This document shows, piece after piece, positions 1 through 10,248 of a DNA stretch of 64,000 nucleotides. The DNA is taken from the NCBI GenBank assembly GCA_910577665.1, contig CAJTOJ010000007.1:60158-124157 (forward strand). The letters are read 5' to 3'. The stretch comes from an uncultured Acetatifactor sp. (lineage in GTDB: Bacteria; Bacillota; Clostridia; Lachnospirales; Lachnospiraceae). Each line of letters begins with the position of its first letter. Position 1 is the stretch's first letter. Made by a program: the position numbers and the translations under genes. The notes below the pieces were generated by a model. That model saw only the letters and a program-made list of their open reading frames with translations. It was not told where the DNA came from and searched no databases.

Positions 1-1063
1 CGATGCAGAATCTGATATAGAGTATGAAGAAGATTATCCTACAGAAGATACAGAAGTTCCTCCACGGAAAAAATTCCGTCTCAACATGCACATTGTCTTG
101 CTGATTGCAGTGGTGCTCTTTTTTGGCCTTATCATTTACCGGTTCCTCAACTGGGGGGTAAAGGTTGACCTGGATGAAATCTTCAAGGACGGACCCGGCA
201 CCTATGACAATTCCATGGACGAGATACTCCCTCTCCTGGATGCGGACAGCAACAGGGTTCCCACCAATTACAGTGATGGCCTTTCCATTGTACTCTTCGG
301 CAATGCCCCCTTTGCAGATGACCGGGGTTCTGAGGACAGCCTGGCCAGCCTCATTGCCAAAGACACCGGGGCTACCGTGTACAACTGTTCTATCAGCGGC
401 AGTTATCTGGCATCAGAATGGTCTTTCTTCGACCCAGGCGAACGTCCCATGGATGCCTTTACCTTTTACTGGATGTGTTCTGCCGCCACAAGGAACGGCA
501 CCAGCCATTATTTTGAACAGGCGGTAGAAGCCCTGGGTGACCAGGCGCCCCCGGAGGCTACAGAAGTGGCCCAGACCCTGGCCACCCTGGATTTTAGTAC
601 TGTGGATGTGATTGCCGTCATGTACGATGCCACAGATTATCTGATGGGACACAAGATGTACAGCGATGAGAATTCCACGGATATCACCTATTTTACCGGT
701 AATCTGGAGGCCGGCATAGAACTGCTCCAGAATGTATACCCCCATATCCGCATCATTGTCCTCTCCCCCACTTATGCTTTTGGCATAGATGACAACGGAG
801 AATACATCAGCAGTGATATCAAGCGATACGAGAGCGAATTCGGGAAAATGGATGTGTTGTCCACCTATGTGATCAAAGAGTACACCTCCTGTGCCTCCCG
901 TGGTGTGACTTTTGTAGACAACCTTTATGGCACCATTACAGAGGACAATGCAAAAGAATTTCTGACTGACAACCTGCATTTGAATGTAAAAGGACGCAAG
1001 AAGGTGGCGGAACGGTTTTCCTATGCTTTGCATTACTATGATGAGGATAAAAAAACTGACTGA
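1..1063 (+). CDS. Membrane-anchored SGNH/GDSL-fold protein with degenerate motifs; 5' end lies outside the window
   Basis: Frame is open from nt 2 (acidic DAESDIEYEEDYPTED...) into the 86..1063 ORF. One TM segment, then SGNH-like blocks IVLFGNA, YNCSISGS, MYDATDY and DNLHLN. Confidence 0.75.
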   Translation, partial: DAESDIEYEEDYPTEDTEVPPRKKFRLNMHIVLLIAVVLFFGLIIYRFLNWGVKVDLDEIFKDGPGTYDNSMDEILPLLDADSNRVPTNYSDGLSIVLFGNAPFADDRGSEDSLASLIAKDTGATVYNCSISGSYLASEWSFFDPGERPMDAFTFYWMCSAATRNGTSHYFEQAVEALGDQAPPEATEVAQTLATLDFSTVDVIAVMYDATDYLMGHKMYSDENSTDITYFTGNLEAGIELLQNVYPHIRIIVLSPTYAFGIDDNGEYISSDIKRYESEFGKMDVLSTYVIKEYTSCASRGVTFVDNLYGTITEDNAKEFLTDNLHLNVKGRKKVAERFSYALHYYDEDKKTD

Positions 1064-1079
1064 TCTTGCCAGTCAGTTT
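1053..1079. terminator. Probable bidirectional intrinsic terminator between convergent genes
   Basis: Perfect 10-bp inverted repeat aaactgactg/cagtcagttt with a 7-nt loop at the two convergent stop codons; A-run on the left, TTT on the right. Confidence 0.65.
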
Positions 1080-1843
1080 CCTCCCATATCCGGTATGACC
1101 AGTTCCACCTGGGTATCCCTGTAGATCACATACCCTTTTGTGGAGCCATAGACCATCCAGCCATAATCTTCTGTCTTTCCTTCCAGGTCTGCATCGGCCC
1201 GCAGGATCACATAATGGCAGCCGGCCTCCCTGGACAGGGGAACCAGTTCTTCCAGATCCAGCACAGCCCTTCCCATGGCCAGGTATAATGCATGATCCCC
1301 CTCCATGATTGCTTCCCTTCCATAAGGCATACACACCACCGGGGAATACTGACGCACATACAATAGCATTTCATAGGGAAATACCGCCATCACTTCCCGT
1401 CCGGGCACCTGGATAGCATCACAGATTTCCACCACGTCTGCAGGCACATGATAAAGATTTTCCGCCCTGCTGTATAAGGGACTGCTGTATACCAGTTTTC
1501 CGGAGACCACCACCAGCAGTATGGACGCTGCCCCAAAACACAAGGCCCCCCTTCCCTTCATGCTTCCCCAGACCTGTACCGCTGCATACGCAATAACCAC
1601 TGTAACCGGAAGCAGCCAGCATATGCGGAAATATATCTCACTTTCTGTCATCCCCATGAAGATCCTGATGAACAAGGGATTGAAGTAGAGCAACAATACC
1701 ATCACTGGTGCATACACGAACAGCACTCTTTTTACCTTGTCCTTCTCACAGAGAAACAGGTAAACCAGTGCAACCAGGAACCAGATCACCAGAAGGCCTG
1801 TCCCCATATACTTCTGAAAAATCAAGATAGCATTTTCCCACAT
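1073..1843 (-). CDS. Multi-TM membrane protein with C-terminal extracytoplasmic domain (partner of the upstream DUF6077-like gene)
   Basis: Start moved to MWENAIL (ATG 1843) after a purine-rich RBS. About 5 hydrophobic segments, then a soluble region (AENLYHVP...YVRQYSP). Confidence 0.7.
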   Translation of the reverse strand: MWENAILIFQKYMGTGLLVIWFLVALVYLFLCEKDKVKRVLFVYAPVMVLLLYFNPLFIRIFMGMTESEIYFRICWLLPVTVVIAYAAVQVWGSMKGRGALCFGAASILLVVVSGKLVYSSPLYSRAENLYHVPADVVEICDAIQVPGREVMAVFPYEMLLYVRQYSPVVCMPYGREAIMEGDHALYLAMGRAVLDLEELVPLSREAGCHYVILRADADLEGKTEDYGWMVYGSTKGYVIYRDTQVELVIPDMGGN

Positions 1844-1910
1844 ACCTTTTCCTCTTCCTCTCATGTGCCCGGCAGGATCCAGACGTCCCCGTCCCAGCCC
1901 TCCACAGGCA

Positions 1911-3032
1911 TCAGCGCAGCCAAAAATACAGAAACACCATCCCCAGGGGAATGACACAGCATCCCGCCAGGGGCAGCAGGATCTTCCACCGGCGGAAGCA
2001 CACTGCCCCGCACAGTCCTGCAACTCCCACCAGAAGGCAGGTGAGAAAGCTCCCCAGGGTACTGCACAGACAGCCTGCCACCATGGTCAGCGCAAACAGG
2101 CTCCAGCAACCAGCCCCAGCCCGGCCTCCTTCTTTCTGCCGTTCCAGCAGCAGGTAGAACAGCAGCAGCAGAAATGGTATCACGATGCTGGCAAGCACCG
2201 CCTTTCCCTGGGCTGTCCGCACCAGCAGGAAGTTCTCCGCGGAATAAGTGGAATACCCGCCAAACAGCACCAGACATTCCACCATAATCAGAAAAAACGC
2301 AAGCTTCCTGCCATCACCCTTGTACAGTCTGCTGCCCAACAGGTAAAAAATCCCGTATCCCATTCCGATCAGCACTACCGGCAAGGCCACCTGGGCCATT
2401 GTAGCCGGATGCATACCCGTCAGCCTGGCCATGAAAGCCACCCAGATAGGAAAAGGTGCCAGTGCGTGCCTGGCATCCAGCTCACTGGATCCACCTGTAT
2501 AGGGCAGCTTCTGGTACATAGTGTCTGCATCTACCGTGCTGGTGGAAATGGCCACATAGAAGGCATCATCCCCCTCCTCATAAGCCAGGAAGCAGGCGGC
2601 CACAAGCTGGAGCAACAGCAGACAGGCTGCACAGCACCAGAGCATTCGTGCAATCTTGTCTGGCTTCCCCTCCCTCTTCTTATGCTTCCAGGAAATCCCC
2701 ATGGCTCCCTTTTTGACCTTTCCGGGCAAAGAGGCCAGGTACCTGATCTCCCTGGCCAGAGACAACAGGATCAGTGCTGCACCATAAGCCAGGAACAGAT
2801 TCACCACATCCCCAAAATTTCTTCCCTGTAGGATAAAAGGCACACAGATTGCCTGGAAACCCGCCCAGAGACACATCTGTCCGGCAACCCATCTGAACAG
2901 AAGCCGTGACCACCCTTTTCCATCAAAGATTCCCTTTTTCCTGCCCTCTCCAGGCAGCCCTGTAAAAATACCTCCTGCTGCCACCGGAATCATCACGGCT
3001 GACAACAGCAATATCAATATCTGTACCACCAA
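1911..3032 (-). CDS. DUF6077-like polytopic membrane protein, putative GT-C-type glycosyltransferase
   Basis: Many TM segments; acidic loop EEGDDAFYV and PYTG...DARHALAPFP, which I recall from DUF6077. Confidence 0.6.
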   Translation of the reverse strand: MVVQILILLLSAVMIPVAAGGIFTGLPGEGRKKGIFDGKGWSRLLFRWVAGQMCLWAGFQAICVPFILQGRNFGDVVNLFLAYGAALILLSLAREIRYLASLPGKVKKGAMGISWKHKKREGKPDKIARMLWCCAACLLLLQLVAACFLAYEEGDDAFYVAISTSTVDADTMYQKLPYTGGSSELDARHALAPFPIWVAFMARLTGMHPATMAQVALPVVLIGMGYGIFYLLGSRLYKGDGRKLAFFLIMVECLVLFGGYSTYSAENFLLVRTAQGKAVLASIVIPFLLLLFYLLLERQKEGGRAGAGCWSLFALTMVAGCLCSTLGSFLTCLLVGVAGLCGAVCFRRWKILLPLAGCCVIPLGMVFLYFWLR

Positions 3033-3070
3033 GGCTCTGCTTATCCTTTCTTCAGAAAATAGATCCAGTC

Positions 3071-4927
3071 TCAGTTTTCAACTGCATATATATACACATT
3101 ATAATAGCTTTCCTCTGTCTCAAATGGCTCCTCCCGCATCAACACAAGCCCCTGTTCCTCTGGGTTTAGAATCCGTGCCGCAGAAAAGATATATTTTCCC
3201 CCCAGTTCCTTTAAGGCCTGCACATCCAGTTCGTATGCCTGGAATACAAAGCCGCCCTTCTCTATGGTGTAGTAGCCCGGGCATTCCGCACTGAACAAAT
3301 AACACCGGTTCCCCCAATTGTCAAAATAGTCTCTGAGATATTCGCTCTTTTGCAGTTCCGGTTCCAGGATCCTGCCAAACTGGTGCTTGTACTCCAGGGC
3401 GTAATTGTTGGAATATCCGTCCAGGCAGTAGAATCCATGATACAATGCCGCCGCAGGATCCATCCCCAGGCTCACCACCCTGTAATCCGCCATCTGCTGT
3501 CCGGTATGCTCCTGCAGGAAAGCCTCCACCTGCTCCATCACGCCCAGGCCGTAATACTCTCCGAAGCTCATAAGTCCATATTCCGGATCCCGCAGTTTCT
3601 GGATATTGGACTTCACATCTCCTGCAAGCAGGATCTGTATTCCCGTGATCCCTGCTGCGCCAAAGGCCACCAGTGCCAGGCCAGGGGATAACCAGCGTAC
3701 CTTTTTCCCCTGTGGTGCTGTACCTGGCAGACCAGACTTACCACTCCCCAGTTCTGTCACCAGCCCCAGGGCACATCCAAAGGCCAGATACCAGAAAGCC
3801 GGTGCGATCCACAGCAGTCTTTCCAGCTGAAACGCCCCCAGAACGGACAGGGCATCCCGTATTTTCACTCCTGTCACACTGTCCCAGAGAGCCGCCGCAA
3901 AAGCAAAAGCCAGGTTCCAGCCCACACAGCCACAGATCACAAGAGACAGATGCAAACCCTTGTCTGTCATCCATTTCTCCCGGAAACCTCTCCTTCTTCC
4001 CCAGGACCATCCCAGAAAACCTGCTGCCAGGATCACCAGGGTCACCAGCAAAAGCAACAGGTGATAATCTATACTGTGTTGGCCGCCCTCTGTCAGGTTC
4101 TGCCAGAAGGTTTCCCAAAAGGGAAGCGGGGTCCGCACATATTCAGCCTTATGGGATAGCTCTGCTTCCCCCCAGCCCAGCATCTGCCCCAGCAGACGAA
4201 AATTGGTCAGAATGTACAGACCCAGCATCAGCTGCCATGCTGCGAATATATGGCACAGCCCATTCCTGGTCTCTTTGCGTAGTCTCACAAGCTGCCACAC
4301 CATCCACACAATACCCATACCCAGCAGGCCGAATCCCACCAGGACCAGGGACGAACATAATGTGAAGAAGGCTGTATACAGATAGGACAGGATCCTGTGT
4401 TTTCCCCTTCCAAGCTGAATCATACACCACATAAGAAGCGGAATCCCGAACTGTGACAGGCCGTATACAGGCAGAAACGGCAGACATCCATACAATCCCC
4501 CAGCCACCATACCGGCCCAGGACCTTCCTGTGCATTCTTTCACCAGCAGATACATGCCAAGGTATCCTGTCACATGTGCCAGAAGCATCATCACAGTCAG
4601 GCCTGCCAGCCCGTCTCCCCCCAGAAACAATAACACACAGCCCGGTGCTGGCATCGTAAGTGCCGTCTTGGAGGCACCGTTCATGAACTCCGGTAGGATA
4701 TTCCCCCGAAAAAGATGCCTGGCCTGGAGCATGTATGCAATCAGTTCTCCGTCAAGCTGGTCATGGTAGGTAAATATGGCGTCTTCCCCCAGCAGCAGAC
4801 AGGGCACCATGGAAAGCAGTATCATGCAGAATCCTGCCCAGAACCAGAATCTCTCTCTGCCTGCACTCCCCCATATCCGCCTATGCCCGGTGCTGCTTTC
4901 CACTCTGGGGACACTCTCAAACTTCAT
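3071..4927 (-). CDS. DUF6044-like membrane protein, putative GT-C glycosyltransferase (copy 1)
   Basis: HDQLD after TM1; C-terminal DGYSNNY.LEYKH and YFDNWGNRCYLF motifs; paralogue of 26706..28556. Start is 4927 or 4948. Confidence 0.7.
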   Translation of the reverse strand: MKFESVPRVESSTGHRRIWGSAGRERFWFWAGFCMILLSMVPCLLLGEDAIFTYHDQLDGELIAYMLQARHLFRGNILPEFMNGASKTALTMPAPGCVLLFLGGDGLAGLTVMMLLAHVTGYLGMYLLVKECTGRSWAGMVAGGLYGCLPFLPVYGLSQFGIPLLMWCMIQLGRGKHRILSYLYTAFFTLCSSLVLVGFGLLGMGIVWMVWQLVRLRKETRNGLCHIFAAWQLMLGLYILTNFRLLGQMLGWGEAELSHKAEYVRTPLPFWETFWQNLTEGGQHSIDYHLLLLLVTLVILAAGFLGWSWGRRRGFREKWMTDKGLHLSLVICGCVGWNLAFAFAAALWDSVTGVKIRDALSVLGAFQLERLLWIAPAFWYLAFGCALGLVTELGSGKSGLPGTAPQGKKVRWLSPGLALVAFGAAGITGIQILLAGDVKSNIQKLRDPEYGLMSFGEYYGLGVMEQVEAFLQEHTGQQMADYRVVSLGMDPAAALYHGFYCLDGYSNNYALEYKHQFGRILEPELQKSEYLRDYFDNWGNRCYLFSAECPGYYTIEKGGFVFQAYELDVQALKELGGKYIFSAARILNPEEQGLVLMREEPFETEESYYNVYIYAVEN

Positions 4928-6257
4928 CCTGTACTTCCTTCCCCACATAGGATACTCCCATACCGGACAACAACCAGGCTGCCCACAGTTCCACTATAGC
5001 CACCGTACATTTATAATCCATCATACCCGCCCCACGCATGGTGTAAGCCAGTACCAGTACTCCCCCACATGCCACACATACACCTGCAAAACACATCTTT
5101 CCATGATGCAGGCGGATCCCCCCAGCCAGAAGCCCTGCTACCCCCAAAAGCGCCCCAGCCCCCAGTCCTGCCACAAACCACCAGCATCCGTAGGACACAT
5201 AATATTTTGTGAGAACCGGAGTATTCTGGAACATAATCTCATAATTCCTGCCAGAATAGGAATCATATGCCCGGCCTATAAGCTGCAATTGCAGTATCGC
5301 AGGAGCTGCCCCGTATCCCAGCACATCCCAGGCAATCTCCTTCAAGACCCGTATCTTATGGTTCTGCCAGGCAAACTGTGCCATCTTACCATAAAGTACC
5401 CCTGCATTTTCACCGGCTGCTTCCTCTATAGCGGGAAACAGAATCTGTTCCATGTGGGCAGGTGTATAAGAGGCATCCCACACACAATTCCCTGCGGCCT
5501 CTGCCAGTTCCTTTGGCCACTTCTGGGAATCATTCCACAGACTGGGCCAGGCAAAACGGCTGGCCATGGCCTGCTCCCATGTGACTTTCCGGCCGTCAGG
5601 TGCAGGAAGCAGACCCTTAAGTCCTCCCAGAATGCCCGATAGAGCCGCTACCACAAGGCATGCCGCCACAAGCCGCCTTCCTTCTCCCGGACGCATCCTG
5701 CACTGTACCAGAAGACTCAGCACCAGGGGAACTGCCCCAAACATCCCATACTCCGGCAGCAATGCCCACAGGGCCAGCCAGCAGGCTGCCCCTGCCACTG
5801 TCTCCCTCACCAGGTTACCACCCTGGAACAGTTTCCTACAGAAACACAATTCCAGAAGGAACAGGGAACTGACAGCAGAATATGGCAGGGCCGCCATATG
5901 GCACTGTAATGCCATGGGAAGCGTAAGCAGGGCGAGACTGCCCCAGTTTTCCCAGAAGATCCCCTCTGGCAGCAAGGGCGCCAGAAATTTCCTGACTGCA
6001 TAATATGCCAGGCAAAGCTGCACAAGGTACAACACCCATACGCAATCTCCTACTATCCAAAGCAGAAAAGGGTAAAGCCACCCGGAAGGCGCACCGAACG
6101 CCTGTCCTTTCATGAAATTGCAACACATCCAGACAGTCCCCAGGACTGTCTGGACGCTGAAACCTATGAACAGGATACCTTTTCCGATCCTGCAAATCGC
6201 ATCGGCCACTCTCTTCATATATCCCATCCCTGCCATCTCGTCATGCCGCCATCCCAC
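4917..6257 (-). CDS. Polytopic membrane protein, possibly GT-C-like
   Basis: 446-aa ORF with about 10 hydrophobic segments and one large loop; overlaps the next gene. Exact start uncertain. Confidence 0.6.
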   Translation of the reverse strand: MGWRHDEMAGMGYMKRVADAICRIGKGILFIGFSVQTVLGTVWMCCNFMKGQAFGAPSGWLYPFLLWIVGDCVWVLYLVQLCLAYYAVRKFLAPLLPEGIFWENWGSLALLTLPMALQCHMAALPYSAVSSLFLLELCFCRKLFQGGNLVRETVAGAACWLALWALLPEYGMFGAVPLVLSLLVQCRMRPGEGRRLVAACLVVAALSGILGGLKGLLPAPDGRKVTWEQAMASRFAWPSLWNDSQKWPKELAEAAGNCVWDASYTPAHMEQILFPAIEEAAGENAGVLYGKMAQFAWQNHKIRVLKEIAWDVLGYGAAPAILQLQLIGRAYDSYSGRNYEIMFQNTPVLTKYYVSYGCWWFVAGLGAGALLGVAGLLAGGIRLHHGKMCFAGVCVACGGVLVLAYTMRGAGMMDYKCTVAIVELWAAWLLSGMGVSYVGKEVQDEV

Positions 6258-6296
6258 CCAGGTCTACCTGTAAGTTGTAAGTCCGGCTTCTCCCAC

Positions 6297-7439
6297 TCAC
6301 CTTATATCCGGACAACCGTAGAACTTCCCAATGACACTACAGATCTTATCCACCTGGCTTACTGTGAGACCATAATACAGGGGCAGTCTGGCCAAGCGCT
6401 CGCTCTGGCTGGTGGTATACACATCCTCCCCATGGAACCTTCCGAATTTCAGCCCGGCAGGTGCCGTGTGGAGAGGAATATAGTGGAACACGGACATGAT
6501 GTCGTTTTCCTTCAGATAGCTTATAAATGCTGTCCGCTCCTCAAGATCCTTTGCCTTGATGTAGAACATGTGGGCATTGTGTGTGCAGCCTTCCGGCACC
6601 ACAGGCAGTTCTATCTTCCCGGCCTGCGCCAGAGGAAGGAGATTCTCCCGGTACCGGTTCCACAGAACCAGCCTGGCATCATTGATCTTGTCAGCGATCT
6701 CCAACTGGGCATAGAGGTAAGCAGCATTCATATCACTGGGCAGATAGGAGGAGCCAAAATTCACCCAGGTATACTTGTCAATCTGTCCTCTGAAATACTT
6801 GCTGCGGTTGGTACCCTTCTCCCGGATCACCTCCGCCTCCTCCACATACCGCTCCTCCCGGATCAGCAGGGCACCGCCCTCTCCCATGCTGTAATTCTTG
6901 GTCTCATGGAAGCTGAAACATCCAAAGTCCCCGAACGTACCCAGCGGTTTCCCCTTGTACAGGGACAGGATTCCCTGGGCCGCATCCTCGATGACCATCA
7001 GATGATGCCTGGCAGCAATATCCATAATGGTATCCATCTCGCAGGCCACTCCTGCATAGTGAACCGGGACAATGGCCTTTGTCCGCTCTGTGATGGCAGC
7101 TTCGATCAGTTTCTCATCTATATTCATGGTATCCGGCCGGATATCCACAAACACAGGAACCCCTCCCCGCAGTACAAATGCATCTGCCGTGGATACAAAC
7201 GTATAGGCAGGCATAATAATTTCATCTCCTGGCTTAATGTCACAAAGCAATGCCGCCATCTCCGTTGCATGGGTGCAGGAAGTTGTCAGAAGGCATTTGG
7301 CGGTGCCTGTCCGATCCTCGATCCACTGGTTACACTTTTTTGTATAGGCGCCATCTCCACATATCTTCTGGTTTTTCACACACTCCTGGATATAGTCCAT
7401 GGCTGTTTCCACATAGGGTGGTCTGTTAAATGTTATCAT
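6297..7439 (-). CDS. wecE: dTDP-4-amino-4,6-dideoxygalactose transaminase (WecE/RffA)
   Basis: MITFNRP N-terminus, TTSCTHATEMAA, FSFHETKN (PLP lysine), EKGTNRS and GSSYLPSD all match WecE. Confidence 0.9.
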   Translation of the reverse strand: MITFNRPPYVETAMDYIQECVKNQKICGDGAYTKKCNQWIEDRTGTAKCLLTTSCTHATEMAALLCDIKPGDEIIMPAYTFVSTADAFVLRGGVPVFVDIRPDTMNIDEKLIEAAITERTKAIVPVHYAGVACEMDTIMDIAARHHLMVIEDAAQGILSLYKGKPLGTFGDFGCFSFHETKNYSMGEGGALLIREERYVEEAEVIREKGTNRSKYFRGQIDKYTWVNFGSSYLPSDMNAAYLYAQLEIADKINDARLVLWNRYRENLLPLAQAGKIELPVVPEGCTHNAHMFYIKAKDLEERTAFISYLKENDIMSVFHYIPLHTAPAGLKFGRFHGEDVYTTSQSERLARLPLYYGLTVSQVDKICSVIGKFYGCPDIR

Positions 7440-7532
7440 ATGGTTTTCCTCCGTTATCCTAAACTATAAAATCCGTTCCGATATCCTGCATGCACAGGAC
7501 GTGCCTGTCACCAGCTCCGGACGATTTCCCTT

Positions 7533-8498
7533 CTATCTGGACGGACGTCTTTTCCAGGCTCCCGCCACATCTCCATGCACATTCCCTGTGACACGGCTGA
7601 TGATATATTTGGGCCTTCCCTTTACCTCTTCATAGATCCTGGCAATATAATGTCCGATAATCCCCAGGCTCAGCATCAGGAATCCTCCAATGATCAGGAT
7701 CAGCAGGATCACTGTGGTAAAGCCTTCCACTGCTGTGCCTGTCAGAAACTTGACCAGGGTCTGGATAGCCAGGATCACACTGAACAGGATGGAGATCACT
7801 CCCATCACTGTCACCATCTGCAGAGGAAGGGTGCTGAAGGAAGTTGCATTGGAGATGGCATATTTCATCAGACTCCAGAAGGACCATTTGCTCTGTCCGA
7901 ACTGCCGCTCCTGTACCTCATACTGCACTGTCTCGGTGCGGAATCCTGCCCAGAAGCTCAAAGCCCGGAAAAACGTATTGCGCTCCGGGAGCGCAAGAAG
8001 CACATCTACCACCTTCCGGTCCAAAAGCTTGAAATCAGAGGAAGCATTCATGTCCATCTTGATCAGTTTACTCATAATCCGGTAGAACAACCCGGCAGAA
8101 AGCTTATGTGCCAGGCTTTCCTTCCCCCGGTTTGACTTAATGCCCTCCACCACCTCAGCTCCCTGCTGCCACAACTCCCACATTCTGGGGATCACTGCAG
8201 GCGGGTGCTGCAGGTCACAGTCCATGACGATCACTGCATCCCCGGTTGTAAGCTCCAGGCCGGCGAATATCCCTGCCTCCTTGCCAAAGTTCCGGGAAAA
8301 TTCTGCCCCCTTGATCCGGGAATTTTCTGCCGCTGCCTTCTGGATCTCCTGGAAAGTGCCATCCCGGGAACCATCGCTGATAAACACCATCTCATAGTCG
8401 ATCCCCTGTTCTGTCAGTGCCTGGTCCAGCACAGATGCTGTGTTTGCAATATTCTGTTCTTCGTTATAAGCTGGCAAAACAATGGATAATACCGCCAT
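7533..8498 (-). CDS. GT2 polyprenol-phosphate glycosyltransferase (GtrB/CsbB-like)
   Basis: LPAYNEE, DGSRD, SRNFGKE, DCDLQHPP, two C-terminal TMs, IYEEVKGRPKY. Confidence 0.9.
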   Translation of the reverse strand: MAVLSIVLPAYNEEQNIANTASVLDQALTEQGIDYEMVFISDGSRDGTFQEIQKAAAENSRIKGAEFSRNFGKEAGIFAGLELTTGDAVIVMDCDLQHPPAVIPRMWELWQQGAEVVEGIKSNRGKESLAHKLSAGLFYRIMSKLIKMDMNASSDFKLLDRKVVDVLLALPERNTFFRALSFWAGFRTETVQYEVQERQFGQSKWSFWSLMKYAISNATSFSTLPLQMVTVMGVISILFSVILAIQTLVKFLTGTAVEGFTTVILLILIIGGFLMLSLGIIGHYIARIYEEVKGRPKYIISRVTGNVHGDVAGAWKRRPSR

Positions 8499-8532
8499 AG
8501 TCTTCTCCTATCTTCCTTAGGTATCTCTCAGT

Positions 8533-10173
8533 TCAGCGATCACGATTTTCTGTTTTAATATACATGATTCCGTCTATTATCCGAATCGAATCTTTCCCCG
8601 GAAAAGAATCCATCTCCACATATTCCTGTGCGTAATACATCTCACCCATGGACTCCGGTGGCAGGATGTTCAAGGTAGCCCCCAGATAATGGCGGATAAA
8701 TTCCCGGTAATTATCCCCTCTGTACAACAGAATATCCCCGTTTAATCCAATCATGTTCCCTGTCACGGGCCATGTGATATCCGTCACAGGATAAGGGTCC
8801 TCTCCCACCACTCCCACCATGGCAATGGGTATCCCGGTATAATACCCTTCCGTCTGTTCAATGCGGTCCAGCAGGCGCACACAATAGGCATATGTCTTCT
8901 CATACCGCTTCTGCAGGTTAGAATACCCGATGTTATCTGTAACCCCATAGAAAAAAACCAGTGCCCCTCCTGCCAGCACAGCAACCCACTGACACAGAAG
9001 CCTTTCCCTTCCGGATACGCACTTTACAAAGTCTCCCGTTTTGGGATTCCCACCCGTTTTCTCCATCTCTTCCAGCCCCACAGCATCCTGGCTTTTTCCG
9101 GTATAACCCTTCCAAGATGCCAATGCCACCATACCTATGGGAAAAAGCACCCACTGGTACCGAAGCAGCAAATGGTAAGTCACTTCCGGTGAGATCAGCA
9201 GCACAATGTTTGTCACAAGGGGAAGTACCGCCACAGACACCCCCATTATAACGAAAAAGAACGGATTCTTCCAGCCCTTTCTGTCATGCAACAGCAAAAA
9301 AACCGAAACCACCGCAGCAACTCCCAACAGAACCACTGCTGCCAGGGAAATCCAATTGTTGAATACCACACCACCTTTTAAGGTAAAGGCACCAAAATCC
9401 CGGTACATACCAGCCAGGTCGGTAAAAATCCCTGCCATTCTGGCAAAGGGGCCGGATGCCATCCCATTGATTCCCTGGTAGGTATCCAGTTCCTTCCCCT
9501 GAATCCACAGAAGCACCTGAAGCATTCCATAATACAGAACGGCTCCCAGTATTCCCATGTAGAGATAATGCAATGTTTTCTTCCATTTTTCCTGCCAGGA
9601 CTCCCTGCCGGCCCAAAGCATAACCACTGCAAACAAGGCCAGGATCATGGCAAAGGAAAGGTACCCCTGGTAGATCCCAAGACTACAGGCCAGGCAGACA
9701 CTTCCTGGCAGGAAGCCTCTCCGCCACTTTTTCACACACAGCACAGAAAGCACAGAAAGCAGCAGGGCCATCATATAGCCATCCAGGGTGAACACATAGG
9801 CAAAGGTAGAGGCCAGCGCCGGAAAGGATACCAGCAGGCCGCTGCAGACCACCACTGCCCATCCCCTCTCCACCTCCAGAAGCTCCACCAGGGCAGCGGC
9901 CGCCACTCCCAGAAACACCAGTCCGATCAATCCAATCAGCCAGGGCAGCGTATAATAGGAAGAAAAGCCACAGGCCACTGACAAAAGCCACCGGCCGGAA
10001 GTGATCATGTTCTGGTCAAAATGCATACTGTCCAGGCCGTCATGGTTGGGAATGTCAGACAGCATCACAGGCATGTGAATCAGCAGTCCCATACAGACCG
10101 CGGAGAAAAAGGCCAGCTTCCACTTCCCCTTTATCGCATTGTATACTTTCTTGCCAAATTCCGATGGTGTCAT
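8533..10173 (-). CDS. GtrII-family GT-C glycosyltransferase (copy 1)
   Basis: NHDG loop, SGRW motif, SLGIYQGY, about 10 TMs and a C-terminal external domain ending MDSFPGKDSI. Confidence 0.75.
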   Translation of the reverse strand: MTPSEFGKKVYNAIKGKWKLAFFSAVCMGLLIHMPVMLSDIPNHDGLDSMHFDQNMITSGRWLLSVACGFSSYYTLPWLIGLIGLVFLGVAAAALVELLEVERGWAVVVCSGLLVSFPALASTFAYVFTLDGYMMALLLSVLSVLCVKKWRRGFLPGSVCLACSLGIYQGYLSFAMILALFAVVMLWAGRESWQEKWKKTLHYLYMGILGAVLYYGMLQVLLWIQGKELDTYQGINGMASGPFARMAGIFTDLAGMYRDFGAFTLKGGVVFNNWISLAAVVLLGVAAVVSVFLLLHDRKGWKNPFFFVIMGVSVAVLPLVTNIVLLISPEVTYHLLLRYQWVLFPIGMVALASWKGYTGKSQDAVGLEEMEKTGGNPKTGDFVKCVSGRERLLCQWVAVLAGGALVFFYGVTDNIGYSNLQKRYEKTYAYCVRLLDRIEQTEGYYTGIPIAMVGVVGEDPYPVTDITWPVTGNMIGLNGDILLYRGDNYREFIRHYLGATLNILPPESMGEMYYAQEYVEMDSFPGKDSIRIIDGIMYIKTENRDR

Positions 10174-10187
10174 CTGACCTCTCCTCT

Positions 10188-10237
10188 TACTGCCATACTT
10201 CTCACAATTATAACTCTCCTACTGCTATGCTTCTCAC
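10188..10237. repeat. Imperfect intergenic direct repeat (18 bp x2, 32-bp period)
   Basis: tactgccatacttctcac (10188-10205) and tactgctatgcttctcac (10220-10237), 16/18 identical; a minus-strand TATAAT (10207-10212) lies between them. Confidence 0.6.
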
Positions 10238-10248
10238 TGCCACGCCTC

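Noticed and set aside
6243..7469. 408-aa plus-strand ORF, and similar long antisense ORFs at 1863, 10021, 46831 and 50593
   Set aside because: Each mirrors a well-supported minus-strand gene and has no recognisable motif; typical shadow ORFs.
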